Below, piece after piece: positions 18,256 through 27,215 of a stretch of 64,000 bases of DNA. The notes under the pieces are model-generated. The model saw only the letters and a program-made list of their open reading frames with translations, did not search any database and was not told the DNA's origin. Where the stretch lies: positions 856-64,855 of the IMG/VR virus record IMGVR_UViG_3300037307_000169. One strand, written 5' to 3'. The first letter of the stretch is position 1. Every line of letters starts with the position of its first letter. Made by a program: the position numbers and the translations under genes. Source of the stretch: a virus (Duplodnaviria; Caudoviricetes).

Positions 18256-18881
18256 TGGATAAGCTCAGCAAGATCGAAGACCAATCGACCCGGATGAAGT
18301 CCACCTGGCAGGCACGGTGCGTCCTGCACGCGCTCGTCAAGGCCGCCGACCACGCGCCGTCGATCAGATCCTGCGGCAGCTACCCGATTGAGGCGCAAAT
18401 CATTAACCTCAAGAGTGCCATTAAAATCGCGCTCGACGCAGCGACCGAGGTGGTGCGAGCGCTGGCGGAGCATAAGGGCAACACGCCGTTTGTTCTGGCC
18501 CTGGCCCTGATCCTGATCTGCAGCTCGCCGGCCGCGGCGCAGTCGCAGTATTTCCGCGACTATGCGGCGTCCGGCCAGATCAGCACGTACACTGCGCCGC
18601 GTGACGCGCCGGCCTGGGGTCCGGCCAATCCGTATCCGCCGGTCGGCAACGACCAGGGCGCCGGCGACAGCGCGTTCGCCGCGGGGGCGTTTCCGGTCTA
18701 TCGCTATCCGCGCATGACCTCTGAACCCAACATCCCGGGGCCGACGCTCTTCCTGATGCCCGACGGCGGCACCTGGACGATCAACCCGCCGGCGATCGAC
18801 GGGTTCCTGCCGCCGCCGATCTACACGCCTCCGGACCGCGACGACTACTATCGGCATCACCGCCGCGGGCGCAGATATTAG
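18255..18881 (+). CDS. Hypothetical protein with an internal hydrophobic/signal-like segment and a Pro/Tyr-rich tail
   Basis: TAATG coupling; FVLALALILICSSPAAAQ segment. Confidence 0.5.
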   Translation: MDKLSKIEDQSTRMKSTWQARCVLHALVKAADHAPSIRSCGSYPIEAQIINLKSAIKIALDAATEVVRALAEHKGNTPFVLALALILICSSPAAAQSQYFRDYAASGQISTYTAPRDAPAWGPANPYPPVGNDQGAGDSAFAAGAFPVYRYPRMTSEPNIPGPTLFLMPDGGTWTINPPAIDGFLPPPIYTPPDRDDYYRHHRRGRRY

Positions 18882-18940
18882 TTGTAATTGCTGACTGTTT
18901 ATAGTAGTTAAATGACAAACCAACCAAAGGGGGTGTACTG

Positions 18941-20221
18941 ATGGAAAATTTGCTGGAAGCGATCAAACCCAAGTTGACCGAAGAGGAAAACGCCCAACTG
19001 CTCGCCCTGATCAACAAGCAGGTCGTGGCGCTCGGCACCGACCGCGCTTTCGCCCTGCGCGACAAGCGCGGAGAAATCGTCGCGTTCAAGCAGCGCGTCC
19101 GCCTTTCCGGAGCGGACGGCACGCTGGTCAAGATCAAGGGCAACTGGAGCGTCTCGGCGCAGGGCTTCGAACTGCTCGCCGAGGCGAGCGGCACATGCGT
19201 GATGACGCCGGAAAAGCTGTTTGTCGACGGCGAAATGCGCGGCAACCCGTGGGTCTGCCGCGACGAGCATCACCGCATAGTCACCGTCTACGCCCGCGCA
19301 ATTGCTTTTCGTTTCAGCTCAAAGGGCCTGCCGATCGTCAGCGACTGGCTGACCACCTACGACAGCCCGAACTATCGGCTGACCGATCTCCTGGCAAAAG
19401 CCAAGGATACGCCCAAGGTTTTCCGGCTGCTGCCCCGCGGCATAGAACCGGAGGAGGAGTATACGCAATCCGGAGCGCGGGTCAATCGCACCTGGGCGAG
19501 GTACTATTTCGACCCGGCCTGCGATTTGTGGGTGGACACGAGCTCGCCCGAGGTGCTTGACTGGCATAGCTCGATCATCAACCGCGAAAAAAAGAGCCTT
19601 GACTACGCGCAGACCTTCGCCAGGCGGAATGCCGTCAAGCACCTGCTGGGGATCCACAAGGCCCCCGAGGGCTGCAAGGGCGATTGGGATTTGTCGGTGC
19701 TCTGCTGGCGCCCGGTCGACGGCAGCATTCTCAAGTGGGATATGACCCGCTACATTGAGACGCGCAGTCGGGTGCAGCACCTGTCCTCTGGAGGATCCTT
19801 CGAGTTGAGCGAGGTCATCCATGGCCAGGAAGAGATCGGCGAAACCGACGACGACACGATCGACGTCGATGAACCGGATACTACCGCGACCGCCCCGGCG
19901 GCCACCAACGGCGCCACGGCGGAACCTCAAGGTGAAGCGGCGCAACCGCCGCCCCCGGCAGAGGCCCCGGCCCCCAAGCCGCCGGCCTCTCCGGGGAAAC
20001 GCAAGGTGAAGGAAAAGCCCGAGGGCAGCGACGAGGCCAGGGGCAAACTCAGCAACCTGCTGGGGTTCCGGGGCTTCTACAAGGACCAGTGGGTCGCGGC
20101 TCTCAAGCTGGCCGAACTGCCTGCCGACTGGACTCCGAGCGTCCAGGACGAGGCCACCATGGACCGCATGCTCGACGCGCTCTCGCGGGCGCTGGATAGC
20201 TTAGAAGGGGGTGCAGAATGA
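18941..20221 (+). CDS. Putative single-strand annealing/recombination protein
   Basis: AQTFARRNAVKHLLG motif and an acidic, Pro-rich flexible tail; heads a recombination module. Confidence 0.45.
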   Translation: MENLLEAIKPKLTEEENAQLLALINKQVVALGTDRAFALRDKRGEIVAFKQRVRLSGADGTLVKIKGNWSVSAQGFELLAEASGTCVMTPEKLFVDGEMRGNPWVCRDEHHRIVTVYARAIAFRFSSKGLPIVSDWLTTYDSPNYRLTDLLAKAKDTPKVFRLLPRGIEPEEEYTQSGARVNRTWARYYFDPACDLWVDTSSPEVLDWHSSIINREKKSLDYAQTFARRNAVKHLLGIHKAPEGCKGDWDLSVLCWRPVDGSILKWDMTRYIETRSRVQHLSSGGSFELSEVIHGQEEIGETDDDTIDVDEPDTTATAPAATNGATAEPQGEAAQPPPPAEAPAPKPPASPGKRKVKEKPEGSDEARGKLSNLLGFRGFYKDQWVAALKLAELPADWTPSVQDEATMDRMLDALSRALDSLEGGAE

Positions 20222-21219
20222 TCGAAAGAATCAGGCTTAATGAGTTCAAGGGCTCGACCGTGGACGTGCCGGTCGCCCCGAAGATGCTGATCGTCGGTCC
20301 CAACGGGTCCGGCAAAAGCAGCATCGTCCAGGCCATAGAGTTGGTCCTGACCGGCAGCATCACCGGGATGGCCAAGTCAACGGCCGCCATCGGCGACGCC
20401 GGCGGCGCCCCGTTTTCAGTCGAGGCGACGATCAGCGGCACCGACTTCAACCGCACGTTCCGCAGGTCGGGAGACTCCATCGTGCAAACGGTATTTGTGG
20501 ACCGAATGAAAGTAAATCAGCAGGCGTTCGACCGGCAGCTAGGCGAATGCCAGGCGCCGGCGATCTGGCAGCCGGAGTCCTTTTTCGCGTTGAGCCCTGG
20601 GCAGATGATCGCCAAGCTGGTGGGGATGTTTGGCGGCTATGACGACCAGCTGGATAAACTCTCGGCGCAGATCGAGACGCTGAAATCCAAGCTCGCCGCC
20701 AAGCAAGCCGGCGTGCGCGAGTCCGAGGCTCTTCTCGGGCGCCTGCTGCAGCAGTCGGCCAAGATAGGCATCAACGCTCCCAGCGGCTCCTTGGCAGAGG
20801 TTCAGGCCGAAATCCGCACGCTCTCCGAGGAGCTCGAGCGGGACAGGCAAGCGCTCGCCGATGCGCGAGCGGAGGCCAAGGCGCAGGAGTTGGCGCAAAA
20901 ACTGGAAGAGAAAAAAGCCCCGCCCGCCCCGCCCGCCGACCCGCCCCTGCAGACCACCAAGGGTGCGCAGATCCCGCTCCAGGATCCCGCCGCCGCCCGC
21001 CAGGCCGAGGAGCATCTCAAGCAGAAGCTCCGCCACACCGTGGCCGCCGAGCGAGCCCCTGCAGGGGTCAGCTGGAAGCAGGTCGCCTTCGACGTGCTCG
21101 TAGCGGTCGAAAAGGCACATGCTGCGGTCGAGTGCCCGGCCTGCAAGCAAGGGTTGGTTGCAGGCACCCTCAAGGTTCAACGGATGAAGTTGGAAAGGCT
21201 GGTGAAAAATGGAAATTGA
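20218..21219 (+). CDS. Rad50/SbcC-like ATPase, N-terminal half
   Basis: IRLNEFKG start, Walker A GPNGSGKSS, Q-loop WQPESF, coiled coil, CPAC near the C-terminus. Confidence 0.8.
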   Translation: MIERIRLNEFKGSTVDVPVAPKMLIVGPNGSGKSSIVQAIELVLTGSITGMAKSTAAIGDAGGAPFSVEATISGTDFNRTFRRSGDSIVQTVFVDRMKVNQQAFDRQLGECQAPAIWQPESFFALSPGQMIAKLVGMFGGYDDQLDKLSAQIETLKSKLAAKQAGVRESEALLGRLLQQSAKIGINAPSGSLAEVQAEIRTLSEELERDRQALADARAEAKAQELAQKLEEKKAPPAPPADPPLQTTKGAQIPLQDPAAARQAEEHLKQKLRHTVAAERAPAGVSWKQVAFDVLVAVEKAHAAVECPACKQGLVAGTLKVQRMKLERLVKNGN

Positions 21220-21772
21220 CCTGCTGCAAAACAAAGTCAAGGCGGCTGAGCAGCGCCTCAGTCAGCTGCGGGCCACCGAACGCATTTTTTTGGAGCGCTC
21301 CACCTATGATCGCGAAGCCGCCCGGACAAAGGCTGAGCTTGAAGAGGCCAAGAAGAATATCGAGATCGAAAAGACGGTCCTGTCTGGTGTAGTCGCAGCG
21401 CGTGACGATCTCGTCAATAAAGCGATCTCCATTATGATAACCAAGCTCAAAGCCGCGCTGCCGGTGGGTGAGCCCATCCTCGATATCCAGGACGGCCGGG
21501 TCGATATCGGCCTGTCGATCGACGGCCAACGGCGCCCCTACCGGGCGCTGAGCGGCGGCGAGAAGGTGAGCTTCGACTTGGCCATGTCCGTGGCCATGGG
21601 CGCCGATCTGATCATCAAGGAGGTGTCAGAGCTCGACAGCGGCCGGCTCTGCGATACCCTGGCGCAACTGGAAGCCGCACGGCCGCAGGTGATCCTGGTC
21701 AGCTGCCACGATCTCGCCGACCGGTTTGCAGGATGGACAAGGTGCGAAACTCCCGTGTCAAAATCGCAGTGA
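21209..21772 (+). CDS. Rad50/SbcC-like ATPase, C-terminal half
   Basis: Coiled coil, ABC signature LSGGE, Walker B-like LIIKE, D-loop ELD, H-loop QVILVSCH. Confidence 0.75.
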   Translation: MEIDLLQNKVKAAEQRLSQLRATERIFLERSTYDREAARTKAELEEAKKNIEIEKTVLSGVVAARDDLVNKAISIMITKLKAALPVGEPILDIQDGRVDIGLSIDGQRRPYRALSGGEKVSFDLAMSVAMGADLIIKEVSELDSGRLCDTLAQLEAARPQVILVSCHDLADRFAGWTRCETPVSKSQ

Positions 21773-22170
21773 AGCGCAAGCCCGACGGAAACGGGCTGCA
21801 GGTGCTCGATACCACGGCCTACCGTGCGCTGGTCGAGGGCCTGCAGCCCAACCGGACCTATGCCATGGTCATCAAAGAATGGCGCGAAAAGACCGTATCC
21901 GACCCCCTGCGGCGCTATCACTTCGGGGTGGTGCTCGCCATGATCGCCGACTATACCGGCCACAGCACCGAGGCGCTGCACGAGTTTTTCAAGCGCAAGA
22001 TTTTGGGGGTCGAGGTCGATCAATTCGGCATCGAGCAGGTGCGCTCGGTATTCTCCGACAGCTCCGATCTGCCGGTGGCCGAGAAACAGGAGTTCATCGC
22101 CGAGGTCCGCCGGTGGGCGGCGGAATTTTTGAACCTTTACATACCCGAGCCGGAAAGGGTGGTGGCATGA
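21733..22170 (+). CDS. NinB/Orf-like recombination mediator (start uncertain)
   Basis: RRYHFGVV..MIADYTGHS.E.LHEFFK...EFIAEVRRWAA..L.LYIP.P. Confidence 0.65.
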   Translation: MDKVRNSRVKIAVKRKPDGNGLQVLDTTAYRALVEGLQPNRTYAMVIKEWREKTVSDPLRRYHFGVVLAMIADYTGHSTEALHEFFKRKILGVEVDQFGIEQVRSVFSDSSDLPVAEKQEFIAEVRRWAAEFLNLYIPEPERVVA

Positions 22171-22391
22171 TCACGAGCAAGATCTTCGGCGAGCTGATCG
22201 AGCTCGCCCGAGTGGATGCGATCGAGAAGGTGAAGCTCTACGACAAGACCAACCAGGGCATCGCGCTGTATGAGCGCGTGAGCAAGACCGTGCCCATGCC
22301 TACGCTTTTCCGCGGGGATCCGCTGCCGACCTACCTGCGGATGATCTACACCGGCGCCCGCGGCCTGCTGGTGAGGATCGAGGGACTATGA
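22167..22391 (+). CDS. Hypothetical protein
   Basis: ATGA overlap; 74 aa. Confidence 0.5.
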   Translation: MITSKIFGELIELARVDAIEKVKLYDKTNQGIALYERVSKTVPMPTLFRGDPLPTYLRMIYTGARGLLVRIEGL

Positions 22392-22657
22392 AACGGTTGC
22401 CGGCGTACCTGGAGTTTATCCGCCTGCAGCCCTGCCTGCGCTGCGGACGCAAGGGCGGCGAGGCCCACCACGAGCCCTTCGGCCTGAACGCGGTGGGATC
22501 CAAACCGCCGGACACGCACGCCGTGCCGCTTTGCCCGGCCTGTCACCGCATCCGCCACCAGGTGGGCCAGGAAACATTTTGGGACGGCCAGGTGGAAAAG
22601 ATCCTGCCGCACATGCTCAGATATTTGACCCGGTTTTTTTGCGGCGAAAGACGTTGA
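22388..22657 (+). CDS. DUF968-like HNH/Zn-finger nuclease
   Basis: YLEFIRLQPCLRCG...AHH...D..AVPLCPACHRIRH. Confidence 0.8.
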   Translation: MKRLPAYLEFIRLQPCLRCGRKGGEAHHEPFGLNAVGSKPPDTHAVPLCPACHRIRHQVGQETFWDGQVEKILPHMLRYLTRFFCGERR

Positions 22658-22669
22658 CACGCGATGACA
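22654..22669 (+). promoter_or_regulatory. TTGACA and a TGACA-N5-TGACA direct repeat upstream of the helicase gene
   Basis: tTGACAcgcgaTGACA followed by an AT-rich stretch; no clean -10 at N17. Confidence 0.35.
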
Positions 22670-22704
22670 CTTAATGCATTTTAATTACACATGGGGGTGT
22701 GAAA

Positions 22705-24480
22705 ATGGAGATACTTGATCTGCAGCAGGCCGCCGCCGTGCGGTCAAATTCCCGCTTCACGATGGTGTCCGCCGGCGCTGGCGCCGGCAAGACCCGCGTC
22801 CTCACCGAGCGCATCGCCTACCTGATCGAAAAACGCAAAGTGTCACCCAGCGAGATCTTGGCCGTCACCTTCACCCGCAAAGCCGCTACCGAAATGGCCC
22901 GCCGGCTGCGCGAGCGGCTGCGCGCCGGCCTGGTCGCCAACCTGCGCGTGGGCACCATGCACGCCGTGGCGCTGCGCTATATCCGCCAGCTGGGCGCGGG
23001 CGAGCTCAAGCTGCGCATGAACCAGCTCACGGTCTACAATCAGTGGGAAACCGATTTTCTCTCGAAGGATCTCGCCAAGAGCGTCAAGGCCCAAAGCAGC
23101 TACCGCGCCGAACTCGAGCGCTATTGGGACACCGGCGAGCACCCGAAAGAGGACTCGCCGAATTTTCGGTTTTGGGAGATCTGGCGGGCGATCCTGCGGC
23201 GCAATAACGCCATGACCTACGGGGATCTGATCCTCACCGCGATCGAGCTCATCCCCGAGATCACCAGGGCGCCGCTATCCCACGTCCTGGTCGACGAGGC
23301 GCAGGATCTGAATCACATCCAGTGGCGCTTCCTCGACCTGCTCCTGCAGGCGAGCGGGGCGGAGTTTTTCTGCGTCGGCGACATCGACCAGGCCATCTAT
23401 GAATGGCGCGGCGCCCTGCCGCTGCGCATGCTGACGGTCGCCGAGAAGTGCGAGGTGCATACGCTCGAAAACAATTATCGGTCGACCCCCGCGATCGTGG
23501 TGGGGGCCAATCAGCTGATCGAGCACAACGAGAACCGGATCCCCAAGACCATGCACGCCTACAAGACGGAATGCGGCAAGTATTTCCTGGTCGACGGCAT
23601 CGACTCAAAGTCCGCGGCGCTGCTCGCCAACAAGATATCCGATCAGGGGCGGATCCCCACGGCGGTGCTCTCGCGGACCCATGTGCTGCTGGCCAAGATC
23701 TCGAAGGAGATGACCGAGCTCAACATCCCGCACCACCACTGCAGCGGCGACGGCCGGATCATGGAGTCCGAGACGTTCCGCCGACTGCACGCCATCTGCA
23801 AACTATTGCTCAACCCGTACGACGATTTCTCGTTCACGCTGGCCCGCGAGGTGCTCGGCATCGAAAACTCCGAATACCTCAGACTGCTGACCCAAACGGA
23901 GCAAACGCCCTTCCTGGCCTGGCTGGAGTCGATCAGCCCCGGGCCGGCGGAGGACGAACGGCGCGGGATGTGGAAGGCGTTTTTTCAGATCGGGCACAAG
24001 TGGACGCCGCAGGCGCTCGCCGGATCCCTGCTTGACCTGGTGGAAATGCAGGGGAGCATAGATCTCGACACGGCCGAGCGCGCCCTCAAATTTTTGCTCG
24101 CCTACCAGGGTTCGACCCTGCAGGGATACCTCGACTGGATTGCGACCTACGACCTCCAGGAGGCCGTCGAGACCGAGTCCGACGCCGGCATCCAGCTGAT
24201 GACCGTCCACGCCGCCAAGGGGCTTGAGTGGGACAACGTCATCCTGGTCGGCTGGAACGAGGGCATCCTGCCAAGCCGCCAGGCGCTCGACAGCGGCCTG
24301 GCATCGCGGCTGGAGGAGGAGCGGCGCATCGCCTACGTCGCCATGACCCGCGCCCGCGATACGCTGGTCATCACCTCGCGGCCGACTGTCACAGAGGCAA
24401 AGGGCCGAACTTACCTCAACCCGGTATCACGGTTTATCGATGAGATACGACTGGCCGAGACGCCCAACGCGGTGGCTTGA
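22705..24480 (+). CDS. UvrD/Rep-family SF1 helicase
   Basis: AGAGAGKT, VTFTRKAA, VDEAQD, VGDIDQAIYEWRGA, NYRST, TVHAAKGLEW and EERRIAYVAMTRA motifs. Confidence 0.95.
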   Translation: MEILDLQQAAAVRSNSRFTMVSAGAGAGKTRVLTERIAYLIEKRKVSPSEILAVTFTRKAATEMARRLRERLRAGLVANLRVGTMHAVALRYIRQLGAGELKLRMNQLTVYNQWETDFLSKDLAKSVKAQSSYRAELERYWDTGEHPKEDSPNFRFWEIWRAILRRNNAMTYGDLILTAIELIPEITRAPLSHVLVDEAQDLNHIQWRFLDLLLQASGAEFFCVGDIDQAIYEWRGALPLRMLTVAEKCEVHTLENNYRSTPAIVVGANQLIEHNENRIPKTMHAYKTECGKYFLVDGIDSKSAALLANKISDQGRIPTAVLSRTHVLLAKISKEMTELNIPHHHCSGDGRIMESETFRRLHAICKLLLNPYDDFSFTLAREVLGIENSEYLRLLTQTEQTPFLAWLESISPGPAEDERRGMWKAFFQIGHKWTPQALAGSLLDLVEMQGSIDLDTAERALKFLLAYQGSTLQGYLDWIATYDLQEAVETESDAGIQLMTVHAAKGLEWDNVILVGWNEGILPSRQALDSGLASRLEEERRIAYVAMTRARDTLVITSRPTVTEAKGRTYLNPVSRFIDEIRLAETPNAVA

Positions 24481-25300
24481 GGGCCGCACGCTCAACATAT
24501 CCGTCCCGTTCACCTGGAACCTGCCGCAGCTGCGACGCGAGCTGCAGCAGCGCATCCTGGAATGGGACCGCGTCGTGGTAGGCGGACCCGCCGTGGAGCT
24601 CATGCCGACCTATTTTGAGCACATGCCGTGGGTGTCGGTGGGCAAAGAAAGCCCCGGAGTCCTGCAGCGCATCAACCCGTTCGCAACCAAGACGACCCGC
24701 GGTTGTAACCGCAGCTGTCCCTTTTGCGCCGTGCCGCGGATCGAGGGCCGCCTGCAGGAGCTGCCCGACTGGCCGGACCTGCCCATCCTGATCGACAACA
24801 ACTTTCTCGCCGCGAGCGAGGCCCACATCGAGCGCGCCGTCACGCGCTTATCCGAGTGGGGGTATGCGGATTTCAATCAAGGAGTCGACGCCCGCAAGCT
24901 GACGCCCGATCTGGCCCGCCAACTGGCGAGGATCAAGAGCCCGATCATCCGCCTGGCCCTCGACAACATCGCCTATTGCGACGCCTGGCAGGCAGCCGTC
25001 GACAATCTTTTGTCGGCCGGCGTGCGCAAGCGCTGCATCCGCAGCCTGGTGCTGATCGGGTTCGATTCCGACCCGCAGGAAGCCTGGAGCAGATGCCGTT
25101 ACATCGAGTCAAAGGGCATCAAGCCGGCGCCAATGTGGTATCACGCGCTAGATTGCAAGCACCACAATAGCATCACGGCCGAGCAGCGCTCGCGCGGGTG
25201 GAACGACTACGAGCGCCGCCGGATCATGCAGTGGTTTTACCAACACAAAAAAGCGACAGGGGGTGTCTATGGTGACGTGGAAAACAGAGCTGAGAATTAG
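24440..25300 (+). CDS. Radical SAM protein with a B12-binding-like N-terminus
   Basis: TTRGCNRSCPFC (CxxxCxxC), VVVGGPAV, DNNFL and DFNQGVDAR motifs. Confidence 0.85.
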   Translation: MRYDWPRRPTRWLEGRTLNISVPFTWNLPQLRRELQQRILEWDRVVVGGPAVELMPTYFEHMPWVSVGKESPGVLQRINPFATKTTRGCNRSCPFCAVPRIEGRLQELPDWPDLPILIDNNFLAASEAHIERAVTRLSEWGYADFNQGVDARKLTPDLARQLARIKSPIIRLALDNIAYCDAWQAAVDNLLSAGVRKRCIRSLVLIGFDSDPQEAWSRCRYIESKGIKPAPMWYHALDCKHHNSITAEQRSRGWNDYERRRIMQWFYQHKKATGGVYGDVENRAEN

Positions 25301-26000
25301 GTGTTGCAGGAAGTTGCTGCGGGCGGCCGGAGGGCACGTCTCGGGTTACGAGCTGATGTACAGATTACAAGGCAAGACCGGCACAAAATACGAGAGGGCC
25401 ACTCTAAGCCACGAGTGGTGCCGCTTCAGACGAGAGCTTGTGGCCATGAAACTGATCGAGCGTGTCGGAACGCGCTTCTACAGGGCCATCGATATTCCAG
25501 GGTTGAAGGCTGTGCTGGCGACGCTGAAAGATGAAATGGAAGAGGATCTCGAAAATGATTTCGATGAGAGGGGCACGCCCGAAAACAAAGCAACCGCCGA
25601 CGTTGAACGCTCAGTCATGAACCTCGGCAAAGCAGTTAAGAGCGTAGATGAATTATTCGAGGAAATCGCCATGCTCAAGCGGCTGGCCGGTTCCCATCTG
25701 AACCGCATCCTGGAGCTCGAGGAGACGCTGAACGACCCGACCAGGCGCCTGGTCAACAAGGCCATGGCCGACAAGATCCTGGAGCAGCGCAAGGAGATCG
25801 CCGAACTGATCGATGAGACCAGGCCGCTGCGGGAGTTAATCACTGCGCAGAAGGCCAGGATACACGAGCTCGAAGTCGAGAACGCCAAGCTGTGGCATGA
25901 TATAGACGCAATGTCAGACCCGGCCCACAAAATTCCGCCCGAGGATAAAAAACTGCTCGACGACCTGGGCGTGGACTTGAACGGACAGGAGGCCGCGTGA
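25269..26000 (+). CDS. Hypothetical protein (possible winged-helix N-terminus plus coiled coil)
   Basis: GGGGGTG RBS; long heptad-rich C-terminal half. Confidence 0.55.
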   Translation: MVTWKTELRIRCCRKLLRAAGGHVSGYELMYRLQGKTGTKYERATLSHEWCRFRRELVAMKLIERVGTRFYRAIDIPGLKAVLATLKDEMEEDLENDFDERGTPENKATADVERSVMNLGKAVKSVDELFEEIAMLKRLAGSHLNRILELEETLNDPTRRLVNKAMADKILEQRKEIAELIDETRPLRELITAQKARIHELEVENAKLWHDIDAMSDPAHKIPPEDKKLLDDLGVDLNGQEAA

Positions 26001-26749
26001 TGGCGACGCGAATTGAGTGGTGCGATGAAACCTGGAACCCGGTCACCGGCTGCGCGCCGATCAGCGAGGGCTGCGATAATTGCTATGCGCAGCGCATGGC
26101 GAACCGGCTGCGCGGGCGGTACGGATACCCGGCAGAAAAACCGTTCCGGGTGACGTGGCATGCTGACAGGCTGGCGAAGCCGGAGCGCTGGCGCCGGCCG
26201 CGCCGGATCTTTGTTTGCAGCATGGGCGATCTATTCCACGGCGACGTGCGCGTCGAGTGGATAGATAAGATGCTTGCCGTCATGGCCGAATGCCCGCAGC
26301 ACACGTTCATGGTGCTGACCAAGCGGGCGATGAATATCGAAAGCAAGTTGTACGGTGAGGCGCCGTGCCGGTTCCTCGGAGCCGGGGGCTGCCTGCCGAA
26401 TCTGTGGCTAGGGGTCACGGCCGAGAATCAGTTCCGCGCCGATAAGAACGTGGCCGAGCTCCTCAAGATCCCGGCGGCGCTGCGGTTCGTTTCGGCGGAA
26501 CCCCTGCTGGGGCCGGTGGACCTTGTATCGGCCGGACTGCGGCCAATGAATATCGATTGGGTCATCTGTGGCGGCGAGACTGGACCCGGAGCCCGGTTGG
26601 TCCATCCCGATTGGGTCCGGTCCCTGCGGGATCAATGCGTTGCGGCCGGGGTGCCGTTTTTCTTTAAGGGCTGGGGCGATGTCGGTCCGCTCGTTAAACC
26701 GTACCGCCGGGTGCTCGACGGACGCGAATGGAACGAGGTGCCGTGCTAA
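26000..26749 (+). CDS. DUF5131 (phage Gp37/Gp68) protein
   Basis: IEWCDETWNPVTGCAPISEGCDNCYA, FVCSMGDLFH, FVSAEPLLG, WVICGGETG and VPFFFK motifs. Confidence 0.95.
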   Translation: MATRIEWCDETWNPVTGCAPISEGCDNCYAQRMANRLRGRYGYPAEKPFRVTWHADRLAKPERWRRPRRIFVCSMGDLFHGDVRVEWIDKMLAVMAECPQHTFMVLTKRAMNIESKLYGEAPCRFLGAGGCLPNLWLGVTAENQFRADKNVAELLKIPAALRFVSAEPLLGPVDLVSAGLRPMNIDWVICGGETGPGARLVHPDWVRSLRDQCVAAGVPFFFKGWGDVGPLVKPYRRVLDGREWNEVPC

Positions 26750-27207
26750 GTGCAAAAGCATCGCAGATAGAAATCATAGCATGCCCACCTCATTGGATAG
26801 TAGGGCAAGATGGTGAGCCAGAGCTCAAAAAACTTTACAACCGCCATTATTCTGCGCGGCATTACAAGGATGGAAGGAAGCCAAAAAAATTCGTTGGGCC
26901 AGGAGAACATATCGTTTTGACGCTGCCAGATCGCAGCGCAATTTTCGTATGGAGAAAGTTCTTAGATGAAAGCGGCCAAGAAGGAATCAACTGCTCAATT
27001 TTCAGAAATGAATCAAGTTATCGGTCATCTGACCTTATCCGAGAGGCTGACGCCATTGCTGATTTCTGCTGGCCTGGTGAGAGGCACTACACGTACGTTC
27101 GGCCGGAGGCTGTTAAATCGAGGAATCCAGGCTGGTGTTTCATTTGCGCCGGATGGAAGCGTTGCGGCCGCACCAAAACAAATTTGCTTATTTTAGAAAA
27201 GGAATAA
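26743..27207 (+). CDS. Putative Mom-like GNAT-fold protein
   Basis: RHYS...FVGPG..., CSIFRNE...SSDLI, YTYV...NPGWCF..AGW...G.T; parallels the Mom SYAD..G..Y.A.NW layout; lower GC than flanks. Confidence 0.45.
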   Translation: MLSAKASQIEIIACPPHWIVGQDGEPELKKLYNRHYSARHYKDGRKPKKFVGPGEHIVLTLPDRSAIFVWRKFLDESGQEGINCSIFRNESSYRSSDLIREADAIADFCWPGERHYTYVRPEAVKSRNPGWCFICAGWKRCGRTKTNLLILEKE

Positions 27208-27215
27208 GAGGATTT

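Noticed and set aside
6252-25300. Repeated 40-120 nt same-strand gene overlaps suggesting frameshifts or an alternative genetic code
   Set aside because: All major genes read intact in code 11 and downstream genes have their own RBS; stop-poor GC-rich DNA explains the overlaps
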